DNA from: an uncultured Verrucomicrobiae bacterium
GTDB taxonomy: Bacteria > Verrucomicrobiota > Verrucomicrobiia > Limisphaerales > JAFGQR01
NCBI GenBank assembly: GCA_963788655.1
Contig: CAWBHS010000060.1
Location: forward strand, 320,001 to 384,000
Length of the DNA: 64,000 nucleotides
Direction: 5' to 3'
A program made the translations under genes and the position numbers. Under the pieces are notes generated by a model that was not told the DNA's origin, did no database searches, and saw nothing but the letters and a program-made list of their open reading frames with translations. Numbering within the stretch: the stretch's first letter is position 1; the number at the start of each line of letters is the position of its first letter. Positions 12,019 to 24,300 of this stretch are shown one piece after another.

Positions 12019-15000
12019 ATGAAATCAAACATACGAACCAGCCTATATGCGGCGTTGGCAGTATTAAGTGGCGGCGCCTTCGCGGCCACCCCCTTGGCCG
12101 CCTCTGCGCCAGTGGTGGTTGAGCGAGGCCCGAGCCACCGTGTTTGGCAGCGGACCACCTACGTGCAAACCCCCTCGGGGAAACGACTCCCGCGGGTGTC
12201 CCGCTACGTTGAACTGGCCACTGGCATGCATTACTGGGAGGATGGTCAGTGGAAAGAGAGCCGGGCAGAAATCGAGCTCGCCCCCGACGGAGCCGTCGCC
12301 CGCCGAGGATCGCACAAAGTGAGCTTCGCCCCGAACATCAACACCCGAGGGTCGATTGCCCTGGAAACCGAGGACGGCAAACATTTTCGCAGTCATATAT
12401 TGGGTTTGGCGTACACGGACGAAGCCTGCGGCCAGAGCCGCATGATCGCCACGATCAAGGATTCGATTGGGGAATTGACTCCGCCCAACCAGGTCCTCTA
12501 TCCCGACGCCTTCACCGATTACAGAGCCGATGTCCGGTACACCTATACGAAAGCCGGATTCGAGCAGGACATCATCCTGCGGGAGCAATTGGATTCTCCC
12601 GCCACCTATGGGATGAATCCAGAAACAACCCGCTTGGAAGTGTACACCGAGTTTGTGGAGGCGCCCACACCAATCGCAGTGCAGACCGTCGTGGTCGCCG
12701 AGGGAACAGACCCGCGAATTGCGCAGACTCTGCAGGAGCCGGACTTGGTGGATGAGCAATTGGACTTTGGCGCGATGCGGATGGGGCCGGGCCACGCATT
12801 CCCGCTGGAGGCGCGACCACAGATGCGCGATGAGGCGACGCCTACCGGCAAGCGTGGGAGCAGGCGCGAGGGGCGGCAGTTGCTCATTGAAAAAGTCGAG
12901 TATTTCCAGATTGCGCCGCAGTTGGACCAGTTGCCAAAGTCGGCGGCCGTGGCGGCTCCAAACGCAAGACGATGTTAGCCAGTCAGGGTAACACCAGCAG
13001 CACAATTGGCAGAAGCTTTCTGCCTGCCTCCCCGCCCGTTCGCATCGAAAAGCCCCAGATGCAACTGGCCCAGGCAGGACGCGCGGAAAGCGGGCTGGTC
13101 CTGGACTATCAGACCATGAGCAGTTCAAGCAATTATACCTTCCAGAGCCGGACTCACCTATTACGCCAGCGGCAGCGTGAATTTAAGCGGCACCACCACA
13201 ATACAAGGCGGAACGGTCGTGAAGTTCGGGCAATTGCACGCATCACCTTCCGGGGCCGATTGACTGCAGCACCAGCGCGTATCTGCCGGCAATCTTCACG
13301 GCCAAGGATGATGACACCGTCGGCGAAACAATTAGCGGGTCCAGTGGTTCACCAGCCAACTGGTATGGCTACCCTTTCTACCTGACGGGCGCTTCGGATT
13401 ACAAGCTGCACGATCTCCAATGCCGGTATATGACGAGGGCGTTCAGGTGATTAGCGCGGTTAGCGAGCTTTGAGCTGTCGGCATGCGCAAGCCGCAGCAG
13501 GGTTACATCGGCGTTCTGACTGAAAAAGCCCCGTTACCCTGCGCAACGTGTTGATTCGACAACGATCTCACCGTCGGCAATTCAATTGCGACGTCACTCG
13601 GCTGACGCATCGAGGTAGAGCAGGTGAACTTTTCATCAGTATCCGAACTTAAATACCATGGGGCTCCGGCACCTTGAACCTGACCAACACCCTGCTGATT
13701 GCAGTGACCAACGTCTGGTTTACTCGGGAAGCAACGTGGAAACCAACCTGGACGACACGGGCATCTTCCAAACCGTGGGCGCGGGCGCGCACTATTTGGC
13801 GGCAGACAGTGAGTATCGGGATGCCGGCACCACCAACATCAACGCTGATCTGTTGGCCGACCTCAAAAAGATGACGACCTATCCGCCGACGGAATTCACC
13901 AACAGCCTCATCTCCGAATCGGTAACTTGGAGCCCCCAAGCGCTCCGCGATACCGACACACCGGATTTGGGTTACCATTACCCACCGCTGGATTACCTGC
14001 TGGCAGATGTCACGGTGACCAATGCCACCGTGCTGGTAACCAACGGAGCCGTCATCGGCGTTGACGCTGCGGCGACCAATTGGGGCCTGTGCTTGGACAA
14101 CGGAGCGCTGGTGCTCAGTGAAGGGACACCATCGGCCCTCAACGTATTTGTGCGGACCCACTGCGTCCAGGAATTGCCCTGGGGCAACAGGACCAACGGC
14201 GCCCCCATGTTTGCCGATGTTTACCCGGCTCCCGACGTTTCCCCCATTACCAAGTTCCGGTTTACCGATTTTCCCATGCTCAATGGGACCTACCTGTTCA
14301 ATCAAAATCCTGATGAAGGATTTGTCGATCCGATGATCTTCCGGGATTCGCAAATCCGCGGTGGCTACTTCCAGACCTCGCCCGGCGTATCGAACGTCAC
14401 GATGGCGGTAACGAATACCCTGCTGGAACGGGTCAACACCACGCAAAACTCCAGTTTTCCAACCGTGTTGGAGTTGCGCAACTGTTTGTTCGAGGAAGGC
14501 TTGCTGGTGCTCACCAACGCTGCCGGCAGTTCGTGGAAGGCGACTGACAACCTGTTCGACAAGACCAGCGTAACGAACGGCGGCGGGGCCACCTTGTCCA
14601 GTAGCTACAATGGTTACGTGACCAACTACAGCCAACTGTATCCCTCCAGCGCCAACGACGTCATTTTGACCAACAGCACGTTGGATTTCGTGGTTGGTCC
14701 CTTGGGCGATTATTACTACCCAACCAATGGCGGGCTGCTGAGCACGTTGATCGACGCGGGCAGCATGAACGCCACCAACGCGGGCTTTTACCACTACACG
14801 ACGACGACCAACCAAGTCATGGAAACCAACTCGGTGGTGGACATTGGCTACCACTACCTGGCCGTGACGAACGTGGACGGAGTGTGGTTGCCCATCGACA
14901 GCGATGGGGACGGGCTCTCTGACGGCGACGAATTCTATAGCTATGGGACCGATCCTAATGATCCCGACAGCGACGACGATGGCATGATCGATCAACCCTT

Positions 15001-15046
15001 TGCGGTTTGGATCACCCGACCCGATCCCACGCACGACCTGCCTTAA
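12019..15046 (+). CDS. Large secreted protein (~1000 aa): N-terminal domain of unknown function, beta-helix-like region, C-terminal DxDxDG Ca-binding repeats; several frameshifts between ~12960 and ~13720
   Basis: Signal peptide MKSNIRTSLYAALAVLSGGAFA; consecutive ORF pieces 12004-12978, 12972-13385, 13658-15046; LVLDY..NYTFQS, GGTVVKF, IFTAKDDDTVGETI, DLGYHY, DSDGDGLSDGDE..GTDPNDPDSDDDG. Confidence 0.7.
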
Positions 15047-15099
15047 CCCCCGCCAAGTTAATGACCAACGCGAACAATGTTAGAAGGAGACTACTTGCT

Positions 15100-18000
15100 A
15101 TGAAAAATACGATTCAAACATCTTGGCGGCGCTTGGTTTGCCTCACCAGCTTAATGGCCGGTGTGCTTGGCTGCGGAGGGTCGCTGGTGGCCGCGCCTGC
15201 CGAACCGACCCTGCACGAACAGATTGCGCACGCCACCGACATGGGCGTGCCGTTGGTGTGGGTTGGAAGCGGAACCGGCGCTGAGGTGGCCGACCAGGCC
15301 CTGTGGCAGGCCTTCGGGCAATTGCGGACCGCAGGTGTCGAGGCCGGCGCCCAGGCCTTTGAGCAATTCACGGCGATGTTTCCTGAGTCGGGCTGGACAC
15401 CCGCCTTGCGGCTGAAGCTCGCCCAATACTATCGGCGGGGCGGTCGCTTGAGCCAGTCGTTGGCCCAGTGTCAGGCTGCCTGGATGGCCACAGCGGGTGA
15501 AAAAGCGCCGACGGCCAAGGCTTTGGCCGACGAGGTGTTATTGCTCTGGGGCCAAACGATGGGGGACTTGGGCCAGACCGCCGCCTTGGACGACTTGTTG
15601 GGCACGGTCGGGGACCGGGCGATGGCCAATATCCATTCGCAGCGCAAGTTCATCCTGCTGCGCAAGAACCTGGATGGCATGAAGTCGCGGTTGGCCGGGT
15701 TGAACCACTTCAAATGCGGCGTCGATGCGGTGGCGCAAATGGCCTTCAATACTCGGTTATTGATCGATCCATGTGAGGTGCTTAACGTGGCGGCATCGCC
15801 GGACGGTTTTTCGCTGGCGGACCTGGTGCGGCTGGGCCGGCGGTTGCGAATGGAACTGGTGGCGGTGCAACGGCTGGGCGGCAACGAACTGATCGTGCCC
15901 AGCGTCTTTCATTGGAAGCTCAACCACTACAGCGCCATCGTCGGCCGGACCAATGGCCTCTACAAAGTGGTCGATCCGATTCTGGGCGGCGTCCGGTGGT
16001 TGAGCGCCGACGTCATCAACGACGAAGCCAGCGGGTACTTTTTGGTGGGCCCAACGGCTGCCCTGCCGGCGGACTGGCGCCGGCTGGAACCGCAAGAAGC
16101 CAAGGGAGTCTGGGGCAAGGGGGGCAATGAAGTTGCGCCCCTGTCCAGTCCACCCCCGTGCGGAGTGCTGGGTTTAAGCTGTCCTTCCTGCAAGCTGGGC
16201 GGTCCCAGCTTTATCGCCAGCAACATTGGAGGCTGCGGGGGCTGCGGGGCCAGCGGAGCGATGACGAGTTTTTGGAGAGGCTATGAACCGATCGGCGGAA
16301 GCCCCAGCCCGGTCTTTGAGGAATCCTATGTTCCTCAAGCCCTGCTCAACACCGGGCCTTCAGGCATGCCCTCGTGGACGGTCGAGGAACCTTATATGTC
16401 AGTTTGGTTGGTGGACGAACCGATGCGCTACCACCCCAGCCGCGGACGGGACGTCAGCCTGAAGCTGACCTATCATGAACACGAAAGCCGGCCGGAGTCC
16501 TCCTCCATTTTCAGCTTTGGAACGGGTTGGAATGCGAACATTCTCAGTTACTTGCTCCTTGATGGATATAACGTCACCGCGTATGCGCCGGGCGGCGGGG
16601 AGTGGCGCTATTACGGTTCGGAGCATGTTTCCCCGGGGCCGGATTATTGGAGTTACAGCACCGTGAGCACCATCGGGACTTCTTACCAAATCGCTTTTCC
16701 CGACGGGACGGCGTTGAAATACGAGTTGCTTGTTCCCGACGGCCTCGGGTCCACCAACGCCTTTCTGACCCAGACCGCCGATCCGGCCGGATACGGCCTG
16801 AGCTTCTACTACAGCACCAACAACAACGTTGTCCTGCTGACCGAATTCGTCGATCGCAATAGCCAAACCAACACCGTCCGGTACGATGACACCCTTACCA
16901 CTCAGGTTTCGGAGGTGGAGAACCCGTTCGGCCAGACCGTTCAATTCGAGTATGACGAGGACGGATTACTAACCAACCTGACCGACGTGGTGGGGCTGAG
17001 CAGTTCGTTCACGTATTCGAATTACGACAGCGTGCCGCTGCTGGCAAAACTGACCACCCCGTACGGGGACACTCATTTTGACTACGTGGAGCCAGATGCT
17101 TGTCTTTGCTTTGGCGGTGACACCAGCGCCATCCACGTCGTCGAGCCCAATGGGGCGAACCATCTTTATGTCTATAAAGACAGTTCGACATTCGTGCCCA
17201 ATAGTTACGACGATGCGCCTGAGGGCGTGCCAGTAGCAACGAGCACTACTACTGCACTTGACGGTGGGCTGTGCAATTACAACATGATGTATCGTAATAG
17301 CTTTTACTGGGGGCCCAATCATTACGGCCTGCTGAGCACCACCAATGTGTCGGAGTTGAGCAGCAACGATTTGCGTATCGCCCGCCTGCGCAACTGGTTG
17401 CACGACCAGGAAAACGGCTCATTCGATCTCAGGGTTTCGGGCACCATTAACTTGGAACGGGAGGCAAGCCCAGATGGGGTTATCGAAGGCCAGAAGACTT
17501 GGTATGGGTAGACGCGCGACCCCGATCATCCGGCGCCGAATTGGGAAGGGGACAATTCCCGCCCGTCGTGGGTGGCGAGGGTGCTGCCCGACGGCCAGAC
17601 CCGCTATGCGTACCAGGAATTCAACGCGCGCGGCAATCCCACCCTGGTGGTGACCACCAATCTTTTGGGCAGTACCTCCCAGTGCGTCACCAATTGGTAT
17701 GCGTACGACGAGGACGGCATCGACCTGCTGTCCGTCACCAACCAGGCCGGGGTGCGGGTGGCGGCCTTTAACTACAACAGCAGCCACCAGGTGCTGAACG
17801 TCACCAACGCCTTGGGCGAGGTCACCACTTATACTCACAACGAGGACGTTCCGTTTACCAGCGTCAAACGCCCCAGCGGCCTGACCACCACCAACCTCTA
17901 CGATAACCATTACTGGCTCACCACGACCATCGACCTGGAGATCAACCGCACCAATACCTATGCTTGGACCAATGGCCTGGTGCATACCCACACCGACGAG

Positions 18001-20961
18001 CGGGGACTGACCACCACCAACACTTGGGACGCCCTGGGCCGGCTGACCCAGGTGGATTACCCGGATGGCACGTCCACCAAGTATCGTTACGACAAGCTTG
18101 ATCTGGCCGAACTCATTGACCGGCTGGGCCATACCAACAGCTTCACCTACAACGCCGTCCGTCAGAAGACTTCCGCCACCGACGCCGAAGGACGCACCAC
18201 CACGTACATGTACTGCGACTGCGGCTCGCTGGAATACATCACCAACGCCCTCAACGAAGTGACCGCCTTCGCCTACGACTACCTGGGCCGGCGCACCATG
18301 ACCTTCCACCCCGGCGATTACAGCGTGACCAACACCTACGACCTGGCCGGCCAATTGACCGCTGTGTCCGACGCGCAGGGCGGCACCACCAATTATTACA
18401 ACCTCCAGGGCTTGCTGACGGTGGTCAGCAACGCCTACGGCCGCGTTCAGCAGATTCTTTACGACGAAGACAGCCGGGCCACCAACATCGTCGATGCCAA
18501 CGGTGTGGCCCTCCAGCAGACCTTCGACGCCCTGGGCCGGTTGCGCACCCGCACCTACCCGGACAGCGGGGTGGAGAGCTTTGGCTATTCGGAGCGCGGG
18601 TTGGTGGCCTACACCAACCAATTGAGCAAAGTGACGCGCTACGGCTACGACGAAGCCCAGCGCAAGACCGCCGAAACCAACGCAAACAACGAAGTACTTG
18701 AGTTCACCTACAACGCCGCGGGCGATTTGCTGACGCTCACCGACGGCAAGGACCAGGCGACCACCTGGGCCCACGACGCGTATGGCCGGGTGACCAACAA
18801 GGTTGATGCCCTGGACAACACCGTGCTGGCTTACAGTTACGATCCGGCCGGCCGGCTGACCAACCGCTGGAGCATTGCCAAAGGCCACACCTACTACGCC
18901 CACGACTGGGCGGGCAACCTGACCAACGTGGATTACGCCGCCAGCGCGGATCTCCGGCTGTCGTACGACGCCTTGAACCGCCTGCAAAATCTGGTGGACG
19001 GCGTGGGGACGACCAGCTACACTTATACGGATTTGGGGCAGTTGCTGACCGAGAACGGCCCCTGGGACGATGACACGGTGACTTACGCGTACACCAACCG
19101 AATGCGGCAAAGTCTGAGCCTGGCGCAGGCCGGCGCCAGCGCCTGGGAACAGACCTACGCCTACGACGCCATGCGGCGGCTGACCACCACCACCTCGCCC
19201 GCGGGAGCTTTCGGCTACGCCTACACGGGAGTATCGAGTGGCACTTGGCCGGCGACGCTGGTAAAGAAACTCACCCTGCCCACCGGCGGCTACATCACCA
19301 ACGCGTTTGACTCGGTGGGCCGCTGGAACAACACCCGGCTTGTCAGCTCGCAAGGCGCGAGGATCAGCAAGACGCGGTGCGAATACAATGGAAATCAAGT
19401 CAACGCGATTTACCGTGACGAAAACACCCCGGACGAAGGTTGGATCAATTACGAGTACGATAACATCGGCCAGTTGCGGAAGACAGAAGACGATGGCCTG
19501 GACCGCCTGCATGAGCAATTTGGTTACGCGTACGATGCCGCGCACAACCTGCAACACTGGACCAACAACGCCCTGGTGAGGACGTTCAACGTCAACGCCG
19601 TGAACGAAGTGACGAACGTCACCCGCACAGGAGGGATCACCGTGGCCGGGTTCACCACCAGCACGGCGACAAACATAATGGTCGCCGAGGAACCGGCGGT
19701 GATTTTCTCGGACAAAACGTACTTGCGGACCAACGTTGGCGTGGGAGATGGCTGGGGCACGGTGACAGCGATTGCCCAGTCCGCCACGGGCCAGACCGCG
19801 AGCAATTCGATCACCGTCTATTTGCCCTTTTCGGTGGCCTTCGGCTACGACCTGAACGGGAACCTGCTCTCCGACGGGTATCGGGCGTTCGACTACGACG
19901 ACGAAAACCAACTGGTTCAGGTGCTGGTCACCAACGCCTGGAAGAGCGAGTTTGCCTACGACGGCAAGCTGCGGCGGCGGGTGCGCAAGGAATACGCCTG
20001 GCAAGGCGGCGGGTGGGTGCAGACCAACGAAGTGCATTACGTGTACGACGGCAACCTGGTCATCCAGGAACGGGACGGCAACAACGCGCCCGTGACCACC
20101 TACACGCGCGGCCTGGACTTGAGCGGTTCGCTGCAAGGGGCCGGCGGCATCGGCGGGCTGTTGGCGATGACGCATCCGCTGCCCGGCCTACCTCCGAACT
20201 ATTATTACCGGGCCGACCTCAATGGGAACATCGTGACGATGGTCAACACCAACGAGTTAATCGTGGCCAAGTACCTCTACGAGCCGTTCGGGAAAGTGAT
20301 CGCAATGAACGGCGCCATGGCGGGGCTGAACCGGTATCGCTTCTCCAGCAAGGAGGCGCACGAACCGTCGGGGCTGGTGTATTACGGCTATCGGTATTAC
20401 GAGCCGTGGTTGCAACGGTGGGTGAATCGGGATCCAGTTGAGGAGCAGGGTAACCTGTTCGAATTTGTACGCAACGATCCATGTGATCTACTCGATTCCA
20501 TGGGCTTAACGGTTTGGATTTGCGCCAGAAAATCGGAAAAACCGTCGTCGTTTCCTTTGGGAAACCACGTTTACTTCTACAACGATATGGCTTCGGCGGA
20601 GGAAAACAGGTCCTGCGGTATGAGCGCATCCTTGGGTAAGGGAAAACCTGGAAGCTCTTCAGATACGGGTCCACACACATTCGGGCAGGACTGCAAGCCT
20701 GTCACCGACGATACGGAACTCGGAGAGTCCATCATGCAATGCTGTTTTGAAACTGCCAATAAGGGCGTGTGGTTTCCGTTCGTGAACGACTGCCACAACA
20801 AGGTAAATAATTGTCTTAAGCACTTTCATATTAAGCCACCTCGCCATCCGCGCTTTGGCCCGCCCGTAATTATTGAGCACCCTCCTTATCACCCGCCAGT
20901 CAGGCCGCCTAGATGGCCGTATGGATTCACCACTACGACATACCATCCGATGCAATGGTGA
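15100..20961 (+). CDS. RHS polymorphic toxin with signal peptide, helical region, C39-type peptidase, YD repeats, RHS core and variable C-terminus; in-frame TAG at 17509-17511
   Basis: AGGAG RBS before ATG 15100; ORFs 15007-17511 and 17572-20961 share a frame; C39-like CGVDAV / GFSLADL / VFHWKLNHYSAIV / VVDP; many YD repeats; core RFSSKEAHEPSGLVYYGYRYYEPWLQRWVNRDP...NDPCDLLDSMG. Confidence 0.92.
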
Positions 20962-23473
20962 CCGAGGGCAACTAACTCTTACCGAAAAAACGAGCTTAAA
21001 CTAACTATAGCAACTATGCATGTACCTGGCACTGCATCACAAACAGGGGTTCGCCGCTTTGTTGTCTTGATTGCTGCTGCAATGTTCTTTGCTTCTGAAC
21101 CTCACGCCTATTGCAGCGACTTTTTCTACCTTGATTCAAAGAGGATAGATAAGCTTTTATCGGCGGCTGGCCTACCACACTATCACCCTGGTGTATCGCG
21201 GAACCAAACAGGAAATGAGCTTTTCCTAACCGAAATTACCAATAGAGGTACGCTCGCCATAATAGTGTCGGCACAAGGAATACGAAAGCAAGTACTGCCG
21301 GAGGTGGCTGCAGCGGTTGCGGACGATGGCCGGCCGATCTGCTCCATCATGGATCACACTCTAGTTTTTGCTACGGGTGAGAAAGTCCCTCTCTTGGCTG
21401 GAAGCCGCTGGGGATTTTCCCACGACCGGAAGTTCTTCTTCTACTTGCGAGAACTCCCCGCTGCCGGTAGCGTGTTTCAGACTGTTGATCCTTTGAAGCC
21501 GTTTGTTAAATTGCCGGTAGACTTTCTGCCGCAGAGGATTTTCACCCGCACTAATGAGATTCTCGTATTTGGTCGGAAATACGATGGTGGCCGCGCGCCA
21601 GGCGCTCTTACAGGGCTTGTTTTTGTGACGGGCCAAACAGTTCCTAAGTTGGCGAAGGAAATCGAGCTTTCTCGTTTTGGCGGAGTGTCGGACATGGACA
21701 GTGAGACTGGTCTGCTCTTGGTGGAGGGCAAGCGCGAGATGTTTAATACATGGGGAATTTTCGACCCGCACACGGGTAAGTATAAGCCGCTTGGCGTAAA
21801 GAAGGGTTACGGTTTCTTTTTGGAACCTGGATTTCGAAAGGATTTGGAAAAGCTGTGTGAGCCGAGCACTCAGTAAACGTTACGACGCGGCCGGCCGGTT
21901 GACTAACCGCTGGAGCATTGCCAAAGGCCACACCTATTACGCCTACGACTGGGCGGGCAACCTGACCAACGTGGATTACGCCGCGAGCACCGACCTCCGG
22001 CTGGCCTACGACGGCTTGAACCGCCTGACAAATCTGGTGGACGGCGTGGGGACGACCAGCTACACTTACACCGATTTGGGCCAGTTGCTGACCGAGAATG
22101 GCCCCTGGGACGATGACACGGTGACTTACGCGTACACCAACCGTTTGCGCACGAGCCTGAGCCTGGCGCAGCCCGGCGCCAGCGCCTGGGAACAGACCTA
22201 CGCCTACGACGCCATGCGGCGGCTGACCACCACCACCTCGCCCGCGGGAGCTTTCGGCTACGCCTACACGGGAGTATCGAGTGGCACTTGGCCGGCGACG
22301 CTGGTAAAGAAACTCACCCTGCCCACCGGCGGCTACATCACCAACGCGTTTGACTCGGTGGGCCGCTGGAACAACACCCGGCTTGTCAGCTCGCAAGGCG
22401 CGACGATCAGCAAGACGCGGTGCGAATACAATGGAAATCAAGTCAACGCGATTTACCGTGACGAAAACACCCCGGACGAAGGTTGGATCAATTACGAGTA
22501 CGATAACATCGGCCAGTTGCGGAAGACAGCGGACGATGGCCTGGACCGCCTGCATGAGCAATTTGGTTACGCGTACGATGCCGCGCACAACCTGCAACAC
22601 TGGACCAACAACGCCCTGGTGAGGACGTTCAACGTCAACGCCGTGAACGAAGTGACCAACGTCACCCGCACAGGAGGGATAATCGTGGCCGGGTTCACCA
22701 CCAGCACGGCGACAAACATAATGGTCGCCGAGGAACCGGCGGTGATTTTCTCGGACAAAACGTACTTGCGGACCAACGTTGGCGTGGGAGATGGCTGGGG
22801 CACGGTGACAGCGATTGCCCAGTCCGCCACGGGCCAGACCGCGAGCAATTCGATCACCGTCTATCTGCCCTATTCGGTGAGCTTTAGCTACGATCTGAAC
22901 GGGAACCTGCTCTCCGACGGGTATCGGGCGTTCGCTTACGACGACGAAAACCAACTGATCGAGGTGCTGGTGACCAACGCCTGGAAAAGCGAGTTTGCCT
23001 ACGACGGCAAGCTACGCCGGCGGGTGCGGAAGGAGTATGCCTGGCAAAAAGGCGCGTGGGTGCAGACCAACGAAGTGCGCTACGTGTACGACGGCAACCT
23101 GGTCATCCAGGAACGGGACGGCAACAACGCGCCCGTGACGACCTACACGCGCGGTCTGGACCTGAGCGGCACGCTGCAAGGGGCCGGCGGCATCGGCGGC
23201 CTCTTGGCGATGACGCATCCGCTGCCGGGTCTGCCGCCGAACTATTACTACCGGGCGGACCTCAACGGGAACATCGTGACGATGATCAACACCAACGAGT
23301 TGATCGTGGCCAAGTACCTCTACGAGCCGTTCGGAAAAGTGATCGCGATGAACGGACCCATGGCGAGCGTGAACCGGTACCGTTTCTCCAGCAAGGAAGC
23401 GCACGAGCCGTCGGGATTGGTGTATTACGGCTACCGGTATTACGAGCCGTGGTTGCAACGGTGGCCAAACAGA
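18837..23473 (+). repeat. ~1.6 kb direct repeat of the RHS 3' region (18837-20430 vs 21880-23473, offset 3043)
   Basis: Near-identical DNA and protein; divergence begins right after QRW.NRDP. Confidence 0.95.
21016..21876 (+). CDS. Putative immunity protein of RHS CT1, exported, beta-rich
   Basis: Directly downstream of the toxin; visibly lower GC; signal peptide VRRFVVLIAAAMFFASEPHAYC. Confidence 0.65.
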   Translation: MHVPGTASQTGVRRFVVLIAAAMFFASEPHAYCSDFFYLDSKRIDKLLSAAGLPHYHPGVSRNQTGNELFLTEITNRGTLAIIVSAQGIRKQVLPEVAAAVADDGRPICSIMDHTLVFATGEKVPLLAGSRWGFSHDRKFFFYLRELPAAGSVFQTVDPLKPFVKLPVDFLPQRIFTRTNEILVFGRKYDGGRAPGALTGLVFVTGQTVPKLAKEIELSRFGGVSDMDSETGLLLVEGKREMFNTWGIFDPHTGKYKPLGVKKGYGFFLEPGFRKDLEKLCEPSTQ

Positions 23474-23923
23474 GACCCCATCAACGAACCGGGGTTCAAA
23501 CTGCTCACTCGTAGCGGTGGAACAATCAACTGGGATGAGGAGAGGAATCTTTACGCCTTTCTTCGGAACAATTCCGTAAACAACGTTGATCCCTTGGGGC
23601 AATCTGTTCTCGCACCAGTGGCAGGTTGGATTGGGACTGACTGTGCAGTTCCTGATCCAACCGATGCTGCGTGGCCGAAGTGGGCCGTGTATGGCATCGC
23701 CATCTGTGCCGCAGCCGCAATCGACGCTTGTTTCACAACGCGCACCTATACCTGTCGGGTTTTTTGCCCCTTATTGCGACAGGTGGAAACAACAACGCTG
23801 AAGTGGGAACAGTGCAGGCCACCGGAACAGGAAAACCTATGCTGAAGCTTGTCGAAACGCTGAAAGGGCTGCGCGGAACGCAGCTCCTCAGGAACACGAA
23901 CGAAGCATTGTCAATGGAGGTAA
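21880..23923 (+). pseudogene. Orphan RHS module (5'-truncated) with alternative toxin CT2; three apparent 1-bp deletions in CT2
   Basis: Starts mid-YD repeat immediately after the immunity stop; NSVNNVDPLG cleavage motif; repaired end reads TCRVFCP..GTGKTYAEACRNAERAARNAAP.GTRTKHCQWR* (TAA 23921-23923). Confidence 0.85.
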
Positions 23924-23926
23924 TAG

Positions 23927-24300
23927 ATGTCTAATGCATCCGTCGGCAGCAGCTTTGTTCGCACGAGAATATCGCGTGTGTGAAACTGTGTTTCTTGCAC
24001 CGCTAAGAGTTGGGGAGTCGCACGCCCATTTTGAATTGAAGATTGAGGTCTATCGAGACGGTTTCCGGGTTGTTCTCGGCAGCAGTGTTCGCTCTGGAGT
24101 TTTTCAATTTAGAGAATACGCCAGTGCCGCCCGTCAGCAACCAAGCCTCGATCAAGGGCGTTGTTCCGCTCTATGTCCTCGATGAGTTCTATGACACAAC
24201 GACGATCAGTGCTCGCTCGCAAGCGGAAGCATTACAAGCAGCCTTCCAGGTCATTCACGAAAAATTAACCCAGGCTGGCTGCGAGATTGAAGTGCTCTAG
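23927..24300 (+). CDS. Putative immunity protein of CT2 (two apparent frameshifts)
   Basis: ATG 3 nt after the repaired CT2 stop; MSNASVGSSFVRTRISRV / ETVFLAPLRVGESHAHFELKIEVYRDG / SGLFSAAVFALEFFNL...EIEVL*. Confidence 0.55.

Noticed and set aside
13649..22954. Long minus-strand ORFs (461, 918 and 403 aa)
   Set aside because: Antisense shadows of GC3-biased plus-strand genes.
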